64,000 nt of DNA from an uncultured Clostridiaceae bacterium (GCA_949927585.1 CATLFA010000002.1:25825-89824); one strand, 5' to 3'; counted from the first letter of the stretch, positions 10,041 through 21,368 are shown. Notes: a model not told the origin generated them from the sequence alone. Numbers and translations are program-made.

Positions 10041-10964
10041 CTATTCTTTTTTAGATTTTTTGCCATCTTTAACTACTTCAGTAATAGCACCTAAACTACC
10101 TAAGGCACTTGTTGCGTCAAATGGAATAAATACTTTATTAGCATCACCATTTGCTACTTCTTTTAATGCTTCTAAAGATTTTAATTGTACTAACTTATCG
10201 TTAGGGTTTGCTTTCATCATTGCATCATATACCATATGTATTTCTTCTGCTTTAGCTTCAGCAACCTTCTTAATAGCTTCTGCCTCACCAGTAGCTCTTC
10301 TTATTTTAGCTTCTTTATCAGCTTCTGCTTCTAATATAGCAGCTTCTTTTTTACCTTCAGCAAGTGTAATTGCAGATTGTCTTTCACCTTCAGCTTGAAG
10401 TATTAAAGCTCTTTTATTTCTTTCAGCATTCATTTGCTTTTCCATTGCGTCTCTAATATCAGCAGGTGGAGTAATGTCTTTTATTTCAACCCTATCAATT
10501 TTACATCCCCATTGATCAGTAGCTTCATCAAGTATTACTCTTAATTTATCATTAATAGCATCTCTTGAACTGAAAGTTTCATCTAAATCCATTTTACCAA
10601 CAATATCACGAATTGTAGTAATAGCTAGGTATTCAATACCTTTCTTTAAACTTTGAATTTCATAAACTGCCTTTGCAGGATCTGTAATTTTATAGAAAAC
10701 TACAGTATCTATTGTAATAGTAACATTATCTTTAGTAATAACACCTTGTGGTGGTATATCCATAGTTTGTTGTTTTAAACTTACAACACTACGAACATGG
10801 TCAATAAATGGAATAATTATTGTAAGACCAGCATCAGCTATTTTATGAAATTTACCAAGTCTTTCAATAATATAAACTTCAGATTGTTTAACAACCTTGA
10901 TTGTTTTAAATGCAATTAAAAGTATAATAGCAAGTAAAACAATTAAAACTATAAATCCTTCCAT
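10041..10964 (-). CDS. SPFH/band-7 (stomatin/prohibitin-like) membrane protein
   Basis: N-terminal TM then SPFH core ('QSEVYIIERLGKFHKIADAGLTIIIPFIDHV'), C-terminal coiled-coil; downstream partner of nfeD. Confidence 0.85.
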   Translation of the reverse strand: MEGFIVLIVLLAIILLIAFKTIKVVKQSEVYIIERLGKFHKIADAGLTIIIPFIDHVRSVVSLKQQTMDIPPQGVITKDNVTITIDTVVFYKITDPAKAVYEIQSLKKGIEYLAITTIRDIVGKMDLDETFSSRDAINDKLRVILDEATDQWGCKIDRVEIKDITPPADIRDAMEKQMNAERNKRALILQAEGERQSAITLAEGKKEAAILEAEADKEAKIRRATGEAEAIKKVAEAKAEEIHMVYDAMMKANPNDKLVQLKSLEALKEVANGDANKVFIPFDATSALGSLGAITEVVKDGKKSKKE

Positions 10965-10980
10965 TAAAATATCCTCCTTT

Positions 10981-11150
10981 TTTGTTTTAGAAGTCAGATG
11001 TCAGAGGTTAAAATACCTCTTTAGATTCCTGACATTTATTTAATAGAAGTTGGAGGCCAGAGTTAAAGGTTGGAATATAGGGCAATTTCTACGAAGTATT
11101 AGCCCTAATATCTAACTTCCAACTTCTAACCTCTAACATCTATATAATAA
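10981..11150. repeat. Large imperfect palindromic intergenic repeat (AGAAGTTGGAGG... / ...CTAACTTCCAACTTCTAACCTCTAAC arms) between nfeD and the SPFH gene
   Basis: Left arm 'agaagttggagg...aaggttggaat' and right arm 'ctaacttccaacttctaacctctaac' are reverse-complementary heptad-like runs; same family as 28241-28330, 53942-54048 and 54591-54723. Confidence 0.65.
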
Positions 11151-11604
11151 CTAATTTGTAATTTTTGAATTAACAACAATAGGTTCAACTACTGCTTTAA
11201 CTCCATCTATTCTAACAACATTAATTTCTGTACCTTTTTCTATAATAGTATCATCTTCAGTTTTTGCAGACCATACTTCATTAGCAATTTTAATTTGACC
11301 TACTCCAAATGTATTATTAATATCTTGAATTACAAGCCCTTTTTTACCAATTATAGAATATGCATTTGTTTCAAGTTTCTTATCTTTTCTAGTAAATCTA
11401 TCTACAAGAGGCTTTGTTAAAAATAATAATATTACAGAAGAAACTAAAAATACAATAGCTTGAAGTAATATATTATCAGGACAAAACAAACTAAAAAACA
11501 TAGTGATAAGTGCACCCACACCAAACCAAAATACGAAAAAGCCGTACAGTTGCCATTTCAATTACGAAGCACACTCCAGCAATTATAAGCCATACATACC
11601 ACAT
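11151..11604 (-). pseudogene. NfeD family protein, interrupted by an apparent +1 (single-base insertion) frameshift near the 5' end
   Basis: ATG at 11604 with strong RBS 'gaggagg' encodes MWYVWLIIAGVCFVIEMATV then stops after 37 codons. The long ORF (11151..11561) in the +1 frame continues 'LYGFFVFWFGVGALITMFF...' and the C-terminal OB/beta domain. Removing one nt (e.g. C of 'gtaCggc') gives a contiguous NfeD N-terminal TM hairpin. Confidence 0.6.
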
Positions 11605-11782
11605 AATAAACCTCCTCATATAAATTACTCACAATATAAGTATAGCATAAATTTGGAAAAAAAGAAATAGATTAACAAAAAATATATGATTAGTTATATA
11701 TAAAATTGTATGAATAGGTTTACGCTTTTGCTGACCAATAAAATAAATCTTGTTTAATGTAAAAATATTTATAAATATAGAA

Positions 11783-11806
11783 AAACGAGAGCAAAGCTCT
11801 CGTTTA
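11783..11806 (-). terminator. Terminator hairpin 'aaacgagagc-aaa-gctctcgttt' at the end of the 99-aa gene
   Basis: Perfect 10-bp stem read directly. Confidence 0.6.
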
Positions 11807-12103
11807 AATGTGACCATGTTGTGACTCATACCTAAGAAAGTTTTCAATACCCTTTACCTTTTCAGCGTACTTAGCCTTATCATCAGCGGCCTCAAGCATT
11901 GCATCCATATCATGTGTATGGGAAATAACAGGAGGATTACCCAAAATCGGAATAACGCATTCTAAAGGCAAAGTTTCTTCTTCTTCATATTTGTGGCAAA
12001 GGTATGGTAAGTACTCATCAAACAAACAGCCCTCTTCAGGAGTTAAGAGAGTAAATATTGCATTTCTCTCATTTTCAGTTACAATTTTCTTAATGTCACG
12101 CAT
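11804..12103 (-). CDS. Hypothetical small protein (99 aa), Cys/His-containing
   Basis: ORF with RBS 'aaaggag' and a terminator; no family recognised. Confidence 0.45.
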   Translation of the reverse strand: MRDIKKIVTENERNAIFTLLTPEEGCLFDEYLPYLCHKYEEEETLPLECVIPILGNPPVISHTHDMDAMLEAADDKAKYAEKVKGIENFLRYESQHGHI

Positions 12104-12242
12104 AATTTAATCTCCTTTTCATATAAAAAATTTATTGATATTTTAATTATAACATAAATTTACATAAAAATCAAATTTTACTCTTTAAAAATGTAAAAGT
12201 TTATGTTAAAATAGGTAAGTATATAAAGAAGGAGAGAAAGAA

Positions 12243-13583
12243 ATGAAAAAAGTAGCATTTTACACACTAGGTTGCAAAGTAAATCAATATGAAACAAATG
12301 CAATGATAGAGCAATTTATAAAAAAAGGATATGAAATAGTAAATTTTGAAGAAAAGGCAGATATATATATCATAAACACTTGTACAGTAACAAATATGGC
12401 AGATAGGAAGTCAAGGCAAATGCTAAGAAGAGTAAAAGAAATAAATAATGAAGCTTTAGTAGTAGCATGTGGTTGCTATGCACAAGTAGCGAAGGAAGAG
12501 TTAGAGAAAATACCTGAAATAGACTTAATATATGGAACTAACGAGAAAAACAAAATAGCTGACTACATAGAAAATGTCCCATTGGGGACGTTTCAAAATG
12601 GGACATCTGTCACTTTTGGGAATATAAACAATTCTAAAGTTACAGACGTAATGTATCAAAAAGAATTTCTAGACTTTGGTACAACACTATATACTGAAAA
12701 AACAAGAGCTGTTATAAAAGTTCAAGATGGATGTGATAGATTTTGCAGTTATTGTATAATTCCATATGCAAGAGGTCATGTGAGAAGTAGAAAAGTAGAA
12801 AGTGTTATAGAAGAAATAAAAGAGATAGCAAAAGAAGGAATAAAAGAAGTAGTTATAACAGGAATACATGTAGCTTCTTATGGAAAAGACTTTAAAGAAG
12901 ATATAAAACTAATTGATTTACTAGAAAAAGTAAATGAAGTAGAAGGAATAGAAAGAATACGTTTAGGTTCAATAGAACCAACAATAATAACAGAAGAATT
13001 TTTAGAAAGATTAACAAAACTAGAAAAAATATGTGACCATTTCCACCTATCACTTCAAAGTGGATGTGATGAAACTCTAAAAAGAATGAATAGAAGATAT
13101 AAGGCAGAAGAATTTGCAGAAAGCACTAAGCTTCTAAAAAAAGCGTATCCAAATGTAGCGTTAACAACTGACATAATAGTAGGTTTCCCAGGAGAAACAG
13201 ATGAAGAATTTGAAAAGACATATAATTTTCTAAAAGAAATAGATTTCTACAAAATGCATATATTCAAATATTCACAAAGAAAAGGGACAAAAGCAGCTGT
13301 AATGCCAAATCAAATAGATGGTAATATAAAAGAACAAAGAAGTAGAAGATTAATAGAACTATCTGACGAAAATGAAAAAAGACATAATGAAAAATATATA
13401 GGTAAAAAAGTAAAAGTTCTATTTGAAGAAAAAGAAGGCGAGTATATAAAAGGCCATACTACTAATTATATGGTTGTAAAAGTACCATATAGAGAAATAG
13501 AAAATACAATTGAGAAAGTCACAATTGAAAAAATAGAGAATTTAGAATTAATAGGAAAATATCAAAAAGCAAAGTCTTTATAA
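12243..13583 (+). CDS. mtaB: tRNA (N6-threonylcarbamoyladenosine) methylthiotransferase, MiaB-like radical SAM enzyme
   Basis: 'FYTLGCKVNQYET' MTTase N-domain, radical-SAM triad 'CDRFCSYCIIP', C-terminal TRAM. The linker contains a 46-nt repeat element (12578-12623). Confidence 0.85.
   Translation: MKKVAFYTLGCKVNQYETNAMIEQFIKKGYEIVNFEEKADIYIINTCTVTNMADRKSRQMLRRVKEINNEALVVACGCYAQVAKEELEKIPEIDLIYGTNEKNKIADYIENVPLGTFQNGTSVTFGNINNSKVTDVMYQKEFLDFGTTLYTEKTRAVIKVQDGCDRFCSYCIIPYARGHVRSRKVESVIEEIKEIAKEGIKEVVITGIHVASYGKDFKEDIKLIDLLEKVNEVEGIERIRLGSIEPTIITEEFLERLTKLEKICDHFHLSLQSGCDETLKRMNRRYKAEEFAESTKLLKKAYPNVALTTDIIVGFPGETDEEFEKTYNFLKEIDFYKMHIFKYSQRKGTKAAVMPNQIDGNIKEQRSRRLIELSDENEKRHNEKYIGKKVKVLFEEKEGEYIKGHTTNYMVVKVPYREIENTIEKVTIEKIENLELIGKYQKAKSL
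12578..12623 (+). repeat. TTGGGAC-word element copy A (cccattggggacgtt-tcaaaatgggac-atctgtcacttttgggaat), in-frame inside mtaB
   Basis: Near-identical arms at 32064-32159; diverged copies at 25261-25312 and (reverse) 56055-56103. Confidence 0.7.
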
Positions 13584-13619
13584 AACTTTGCTTTTTGATA
13601 TTTAAGACTAAGATACATT

Positions 13620-14072
13620 TTAAATGTATTTTAAAATAATGCGATTGTAAATGAAATTTGCCTTAGAAGTTTTAAGCAAATCAATGAAGCCTAATATAGC
13701 ATAATAAAGCGATATGTCAATTTTACGAATATCGGACTTAGTTTCCTGAAATATTTTTGTTAAACTAATTATAGAAGATAAATTTTCCTCCAATGAATCA
13801 ATTAGAGGTTTTTTCCGATTGGCCAAATAAAGAGCAAATAAGCAATCATACAATTTTTTATGTCGTTCCTCCAAATTATTATGGTCTGCATTACCAATAC
13901 ATAAGGAAAATACATCAATTAATATTTTAGCTGTTGACTCATCAGTTTTGCATGTTTGTAAAATATCTCGTTTAGCATGTTGCATGTTACAGAAATATTC
14001 TATTTCCCGTACCTCCTCAGGTGTAAAGCTTTTTTCAGGGTAAGATTTAGTATCAAACATAATTATATTCAA
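13620..14072 (-). CDS. Hypothetical protein (150 aa)
   Basis: ORF with RBS 'ggaggttg'; divergent from the 14237 gene; no family recognised. Confidence 0.45.
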   Translation of the reverse strand: MNIIMFDTKSYPEKSFTPEEVREIEYFCNMQHAKRDILQTCKTDESTAKILIDVFSLCIGNADHNNLEERHKKLYDCLFALYLANRKKPLIDSLEENLSSIISLTKIFQETKSDIRKIDISLYYAILGFIDLLKTSKANFIYNRIILKYI

Positions 14073-14236
14073 CCTCCTTCTTTATACAATAGAATAAATA
14101 TATTATAACATACAAAAAAATGTTATGTCAAATGCAATATTAAAAAGGTCAAGTTGACATATTATATAATTTCATATATAATATAAAAAGTTTTAAATTA
14201 AATAATAGACCAATTCTTAATTAAGGAGGTAAAACT

Positions 14237-14776
14237 ATGGAACAATACAAATTATCAAATATTTTACGGAATGTTCTTGAAAATATAGGTATTCCAGAAA
14301 GTTACTACAGCATTGGAAAGTATAAAGAAGGAGCTACATGTATTGAAAAAGTAGGTAAAGTATATGTAGTATATAATGCTGAAAGAGCGGAAAGATATGA
14401 GCGCATAGAATGCAAAAACGAACAAGATGCATGTGTTGAAGCAATTCGCAGAATAGCTAAAGATAATAAAGACTTTGAAATATTAGAAGAAGAGTTTTAT
14501 GAAGCTAAAGCTAGAAAAGTATTAAAAGAAGTATTGACAAAAGAAGGAGTGCCTAGGCACAAGTATTGTTTAGAGGGATACGCTGAAGATGCAGTGTGTA
14601 TAGAAAAAGGTTCTAATGGGTATTTTGTATATGTGGTAAAAGAAGATGAAGAAAATGAATTAATAAAACACCCCAACATAGCAAAAGCTTTTATAGATGT
14701 TATTTCAAGACTTATAAGAAATGATATTAAAGAACAAAAAGTAATATATGATTTCATAAGTGAATTAAAAAAATAA
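14237..14776 (+). CDS. Hypothetical protein with an internal tandem duplication of a ~60-aa Cys-containing module
   Basis: Repeat 1 'YSIGKYKEGATCIEKVGKVYVVYNAERAE...' aligns with repeat 2 'YCLEGYAEDAVCIEKGSNGYFVYVVKEDEE...'; RBS 'aaggagg'; sigma-A-like promoter TTGACA-17-TATAAT at 14152-14180. Confidence 0.5.
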   Translation: MEQYKLSNILRNVLENIGIPESYYSIGKYKEGATCIEKVGKVYVVYNAERAERYERIECKNEQDACVEAIRRIAKDNKDFEILEEEFYEAKARKVLKEVLTKEGVPRHKYCLEGYAEDAVCIEKGSNGYFVYVVKEDEENELIKHPNIAKAFIDVISRLIRNDIKEQKVIYDFISELKK

Positions 14777-14806
14777 TAATACAAATATAAGATTCAAAAG
14801 AAAAAA

Positions 14807-14830
14807 GCCATATGGCTTTTTTCTTTTGAA
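14807..14830 (+). terminator. Rho-independent terminator 'aaaaaagccatatggcttttttc'
   Basis: Palindromic stem plus T-run. Confidence 0.7.
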
Positions 14831-14914
14831 ATAATTATTAAGAAACCTTGATTTTTAAGCCTATATGTAATATAATTTCAAATAATGTTATAGTAAATAA
14901 TAGGAGGAAATAAA

Positions 14915-17027
<2,113 letters not shown>

Positions 17028-17077
17028 AAAGATAAACCAAAAGGTTAGAAACCTTTTGGTTTGTTTTTTAAGAATGT

Positions 17078-17299
17078 CTATAATAAATCTTTTATATTAA
17101 CATTTAAAGTATCAGCTATATCAAATAAGACTTCTAAAGACATCTTTTTAACAACGTTAGGAGCTTCAATTTGTGTTAAATAGCTATAACTTATGCCTAC
17201 ATCATTTGCTAACTGTTCTTGGGTCAATCCTCTTTTCATTCTATACTTACTAATTTTTATCCCAATTAATTTATATCTTTCACTATGTTTAAAACTCAT
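17078..17299 (-). CDS. XRE-family helix-turn-helix transcriptional regulator
   Basis: 'LIGIKISKYRMKRGLTQEQLANDVGISYSYLTQIE' HTH_3 signature; divergent from the pilin-like gene. Confidence 0.8.
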   Translation of the reverse strand: MSFKHSERYKLIGIKISKYRMKRGLTQEQLANDVGISYSYLTQIEAPNVVKKMSLEVLFDIADTLNVNIKDLL

Positions 17300-17400
17300 T
17301 TTTATCACCTAATAAAAATTTTACAATAAATTATGTGTTTTTGCTTTCATAAATAGTGAAAGTATGTTATAGTGGATAATATAAAAATAGGAGGTAATAT

Positions 17401-18264
17401 ATGAAAAATGAAAAGTTAAAAGAAAATAGTAAATGTGATAAGATAAATGGAATAACATTAATTTCTTTAATAATAACAATAATAGTGTTAATTATCTTAG
17501 CAGGTGTAGCCATATACTTAAGTGTAGGAAATAATGGGATATTTAATACAGCAAAAGAAGCAAAAGAGTTAACAAATAAACAAATAGCGACAGAAAAGAT
17601 AAATTTGAAAATAACAACGGCGCAGATGAATAAATATGCAGAAAGGCAAGAAATGCCAACTCTAAAGGAATTATCAGAAGTATTAAGAGATGATATGGAA
17701 ATAGCATATGTAACAGAGAAAAGTCAAATAGCAAGTACTAAATATGAAGTAGGAGAAAATCCAAGTTCAATATATACAAAATTAAATGATTATTCATATG
17801 AATTTGAAATAAATGGTAAGTTGCAATTAGCAAGTATAAATGGAATAAAAATTGCAGAAAATGAAGAAAGTAATTTATTTGATTATTCAACTAATGAAGA
17901 AAGAATAGTAGGTAAATGGGTAAATGGAAAAAATGTTTATGAAAAGTTTTTAGATATAGGTAATGCTACACAATATGGGTTAGTATATGATGGGAAGAGT
18001 CAAGGAGTATCGATTCCAGAAAAAGAGATATGTAGTAACATAGATGAGATAATTGCTAGTCAAGTTAGATGTACTGGGATGTATTATAATACAAGAACAT
18101 TGCCTTTTGGATGGGGAGGTATATATACCAATTATGCTACCATATCACATGAGTATTCAAATAAAAAAATTATGTTATGGATGGCTGAGGAATGTACACG
18201 ATCTGAAAATAGCAATACAGCCAAAATTCAGATTATTATTCAATATACTAAAACTAATAATTAA
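17401..18264 (+). CDS. Hypothetical secreted/membrane protein with a prepilin-like N-terminus (non-canonical, Ser at +5)
   Basis: 'KINGITLISLIITIIVLIILAGVAIY' resembles a class III signal peptide / pilin N-domain (G|ITLIS) but lacks Glu5. Confidence 0.4.
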   Translation: MKNEKLKENSKCDKINGITLISLIITIIVLIILAGVAIYLSVGNNGIFNTAKEAKELTNKQIATEKINLKITTAQMNKYAERQEMPTLKELSEVLRDDMEIAYVTEKSQIASTKYEVGENPSSIYTKLNDYSYEFEINGKLQLASINGIKIAENEESNLFDYSTNEERIVGKWVNGKNVYEKFLDIGNATQYGLVYDGKSQGVSIPEKEICSNIDEIIASQVRCTGMYYNTRTLPFGWGGIYTNYATISHEYSNKKIMLWMAEECTRSENSNTAKIQIIIQYTKTNN

Positions 18265-18316
18265 AAATAAGAACACACCAAAATGTTTAGGGTATTTTGA
18301 TGTGTTTCTATTTTTT

Positions 18317-19618
18317 TTATTGCTCTTGTAATTTAAGCTCTATTTCCTTTTCATTACCATTCCTATTAATCTTAATTTTCATACTATCACCAATAGCATG
18401 CTTATTCTTAATTTCATTTAATTCATTCATAGTTCTAATAGCTGTTCCATCGGCTTCTATTATAACATCTCCAATTTTAAGTCCAGCTTTTTCAGCAGCT
18501 GAAAATTCTTCTATACTTGTTATATAAATACCAACTACTAAGTTATTAGCTTTAGCAAGTTCTTCAGATAAATCTCTTCCGCCGATACCTATATAAGGTC
18601 TCTTAACTTTTTTATACTCTATAAGTTGTTCATAAATAGGTTTTGCACTATTTATAGGAATAGCAAACCCCATACCTTCAATACCTGTTCCTGAAAGTTT
18701 TAAAGTGTTAATTCCAATAACTTGACCTTTGCTATTAACTAATGCCCCACCACTGTTACCAGCATTTATAGCAGCATCTGTTTGAATCAATGTATAAGTT
18801 CTTCCATCTGCTGAAACTTCTCTATTAACAGCGCTTATAGTTCCAGAAGAGATACTACTTTGCATTCCTAGCGGATTACCCGCAGCCATTGAAAATTCAC
18901 CAACTTGAACACTGTCAGAATCACCAAGTTCAGCGGCAGTTAAACCAGTTTTATCTATTTTAATAACAGCTAAATCTGTTTGTTCATCAGTTCCTATAAT
19001 AGTTGCATCATAAGGCGTTTTATCATTAAATAGGTAGACCACAACTTTACTAGCATCACCTACTGTATAATAAGAAGATGAAGAACTAGAACTTACAATA
19101 TGGTTATTTGTTAAAATATACCCATCTTCAGATATAATAATTCCTGATCCTTCACCAGTAGTAGTAGAAGTACCTCTACTAAAAATAGAATTAACAGGAA
19201 ATTCAACTGTAATACCTACAACAGAAGGTAGTATTTTAGCTGCCACACCAACACCTGTTTCAGAATATTCTTTTAAAGAAACTAAATCTGTATTAATGCC
19301 TGTGTAAGTATTAGAAGAATTGCTATTAATATTAGAATAACTACCATTACTTCCAATAATAGCTTTTCTAATACCAGGAACTCCAAAGCAAGTACCAATA
19401 ACTAAAATGCCTCCTAGCACTCCAGAAAGAAATGGAGCAAAAACAGTTTTTGCAAAACCACTATTACTTTGTTTTTTACTTTTTACAGTAAATTCAGATA
19501 CAGGTTTATAATTAGATTTAGTATTAGAGCTACTAAAAGAACTTGTTTCTTTAGGTTTAGTAGTATTATTAACTTCTTCTATCTTTTCTCCTTCAATAAA
19601 ATTTTTATTCTCATCCAT
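18317..19618 (-). CDS. htrA: HtrA/DegP-family trypsin-like serine protease with C-terminal PDZ domain
   Basis: Catalytic triad context 'TNNHIV', 'DLAVIK', 'GNSGGALVNSKGQVIGINT'; PDZ 'GIYITSIEEFSAAEKAGLKIGDVII'; N-terminal TM anchor; RBS 'aggaga' before the second ATG. Confidence 0.9.
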   Translation of the reverse strand: MDENKNFIEGEKIEEVNNTTKPKETSSFSSSNTKSNYKPVSEFTVKSKKQSNSGFAKTVFAPFLSGVLGGILVIGTCFGVPGIRKAIIGSNGSYSNINSNSSNTYTGINTDLVSLKEYSETGVGVAAKILPSVVGITVEFPVNSIFSRGTSTTTGEGSGIIISEDGYILTNNHIVSSSSSSSYYTVGDASKVVVYLFNDKTPYDATIIGTDEQTDLAVIKIDKTGLTAAELGDSDSVQVGEFSMAAGNPLGMQSSISSGTISAVNREVSADGRTYTLIQTDAAINAGNSGGALVNSKGQVIGINTLKLSGTGIEGMGFAIPINSAKPIYEQLIEYKKVKRPYIGIGGRDLSEELAKANNLVVGIYITSIEEFSAAEKAGLKIGDVIIEADGTAIRTMNELNEIKNKHAIGDSMKIKINRNGNEKEIELKLQEQ

Positions 19619-19885
19619 AAAATTACTTCTCCTTTCGAACATATCTTTATTATTTTATACATATTTTATCATATATTACAACAAAATTGTGAAAATTGTG
19701 TGACAATTTTGTTGATTTTATAAAAACATACATATATAATAATATCATAAAAAGCAAGAATAAAATTTTCTAAGCTCATTCTTCGCTGAGAAAATCTAAT
19801 TCTTCCATAACTATTTTCTAAGGAAACTCATGTACTTACGTGGATGACTTTCCAAAGAATATAGAAAGAAAGGAAATATGAAAAA

Positions 19886-20056
19886 TGAAAAAAGAAAAAG
19901 GAATGACTCATATAACACTTGTTATTTGGATATTAATTATAATTGTTATAGGATATTTAGGTATGAATTTTATATTAAAAGAAACACGGAAAAGGGAAAG
20001 TAGAAAACCTAAAAACAGATATGTTATTAGTTCAAGGAAAGATAAAAGTAATTGAA
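19886..20056 (+). CDS. Small hypothetical membrane protein (56 aa)
   Basis: ATG with RBS 'gaaaggaaat'; one TM helix 'ITLVIWILIIIVIGYLGMNFIL'. Could be the N-terminus of the next ORF if a frameshift is present. Confidence 0.3.
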
Positions 20057-20362
20057 CAAGAAAACGAAATGAACAAAGAAGAAAACCCATTAAAAGGCTT
20101 AAAAGTTTCAGAAAATTTAGAAGATGAAAAAATAAAAAGCCTAATAGAAAATAAAGTAATAAATGCCGAAGACGAAAACTTTGATAAATATTATATAATA
20201 AATTCAGAAACACTAAACGAACTAAAATTACAAGATAACCTAAAAGGAGAATATTACATAGTAAATTACAAAACTTATGAAATAATATACTCAAAAGGAA
20301 TTGAAATAAAAAACGAAATGCACTATACATTAACTGAAATTTTAGAACATACAGAGAAATAG
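20021..20362 (+). CDS. Hypothetical protein (113 aa)
   Basis: ORF only; overlaps the preceding small ORF in another frame. Confidence 0.3.
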   Translation: MLLVQGKIKVIEQENEMNKEENPLKGLKVSENLEDEKIKSLIENKVINAEDENFDKYYIINSETLNELKLQDNLKGEYYIVNYKTYEIIYSKGIEIKNEMHYTLTEILEHTEK

Positions 20363-20371
20363 AGGTAAAAA

Positions 20372-20999
20372 TTGAAAGAAAAAGAATTACAAAGATTAAT
20401 AGAATTAAAACAAATAGAAGAAAACTTACATTCACAAGGAATAGAATACATATGTGGAATAGATGAAGCAGGACGTGGGCCATTAGCAGGGCCAGTGGTA
20501 GTTGCAGCAGCAATAATGCCAAAAGATTCAATGATAGAAGGAGTAAATGACTCTAAAAAAGTATCAGAGAAAAAAAGAGAATTACTATATGAAAAAATAA
20601 CTCAAGAAGCAATAGCATGGGGAGTAGGAATAATAGACCAAAAAGAAATAGATAGAATAAACATACTAAATGCAACAAAAGAAGGTCTAACAGAAGCGGT
20701 AAAAGCATTAAGTGTAACACCAGATAGAATAATAGTAGATGCACTAAATGGAATAGATACGCTTCGGAATACCATACACATCAATAATAAAAGGAGATGC
20801 AAAATGCTATTCAATAGCAGCAGCTTCAATAATAGCAAAAGTAACAAGAGATAGAATAATGCGTCAATGGGATGAAATATATCCTATGTATGGATTTGAA
20901 AAACATAAAGGTTATGGAACAAAAGCACACATAGAGGCAATAAAAGAATATGGATTATGCCCATTACATAGATTAAGTTTTACTAAAAATATTCACTAA
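20372..20999 (+). pseudogene. rnhB: Ribonuclease HII, interrupted by a single-base (+1) frameshift near codon 135
   Basis: N-terminal 'CGIDEAGRGPLAGPVVVAAAI' in frame 1 stops at 20854. The conserved C-terminal half '[31 protein letters not shown]...[10 protein letters not shown]' continues in the +1 frame to 20999. Deleting the C in 'cttCgga' (20768) fuses them. Confidence 0.8.
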
Positions 21000-21035
21000 A
21001 AGGACACCATTAAAAAAAGAAAAGAGAAAGATAAA

Positions 21036-21368
21036 ATGTACTACATATATATGTTAAGATGTGAAGATAACTCAATTTATACAGGAATAGCAAAAGACTT
21101 AGAACATAGACTAAATGAGCATTTTACTAAAGATGAGAAATGTGCAAAGTACACAAAATCGCATAAAGCTAAAAAATTAGAAATAGCATGGAAAACAGAA
21201 AATAAGTCTTTAGCTTCTAAATTGGAATATGCAATAAAGAAAAATTTAACTAAATCACAAAAAGAAGAGTTGATAAAAAATAGTAAATTATTAAATGAAT
21301 TTTTACAAGATAAAATAAAAACAGAATTATATCAGTTAGAAAAAATAAGTAAACAATACAATTATTAA
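21036..21368 (+). CDS. GIY-YIG nuclease family protein
   Basis: 'YYIYMLRCEDNSIYTGIAKDLEHRLNEH' GIY-YIG motif; RBS 'gagaaag'. Confidence 0.75.
   Translation: MYYIYMLRCEDNSIYTGIAKDLEHRLNEHFTKDEKCAKYTKSHKAKKLEIAWKTENKSLASKLEYAIKKNLTKSQKEELIKNSKLLNEFLQDKIKTELYQLEKISKQYNY

Noticed and set aside
18053-18527. ORFs 18053..18331 (+) and 18297..18527 (+) listed in the track
   Set aside because: They overlap the 3' end of the 17401..18264 gene or are antisense to htrA, have no RBS, and have low-complexity composition. They are likely spurious.
19700-19885. Possible structured leader or riboswitch upstream of htrA ('cattcttcgctgagaaaatctaattcttcc...tacgtggatgactttcc')
   Set aside because: No match to any riboswitch class I can recall, and the only complementary segments are short, so it is not called.
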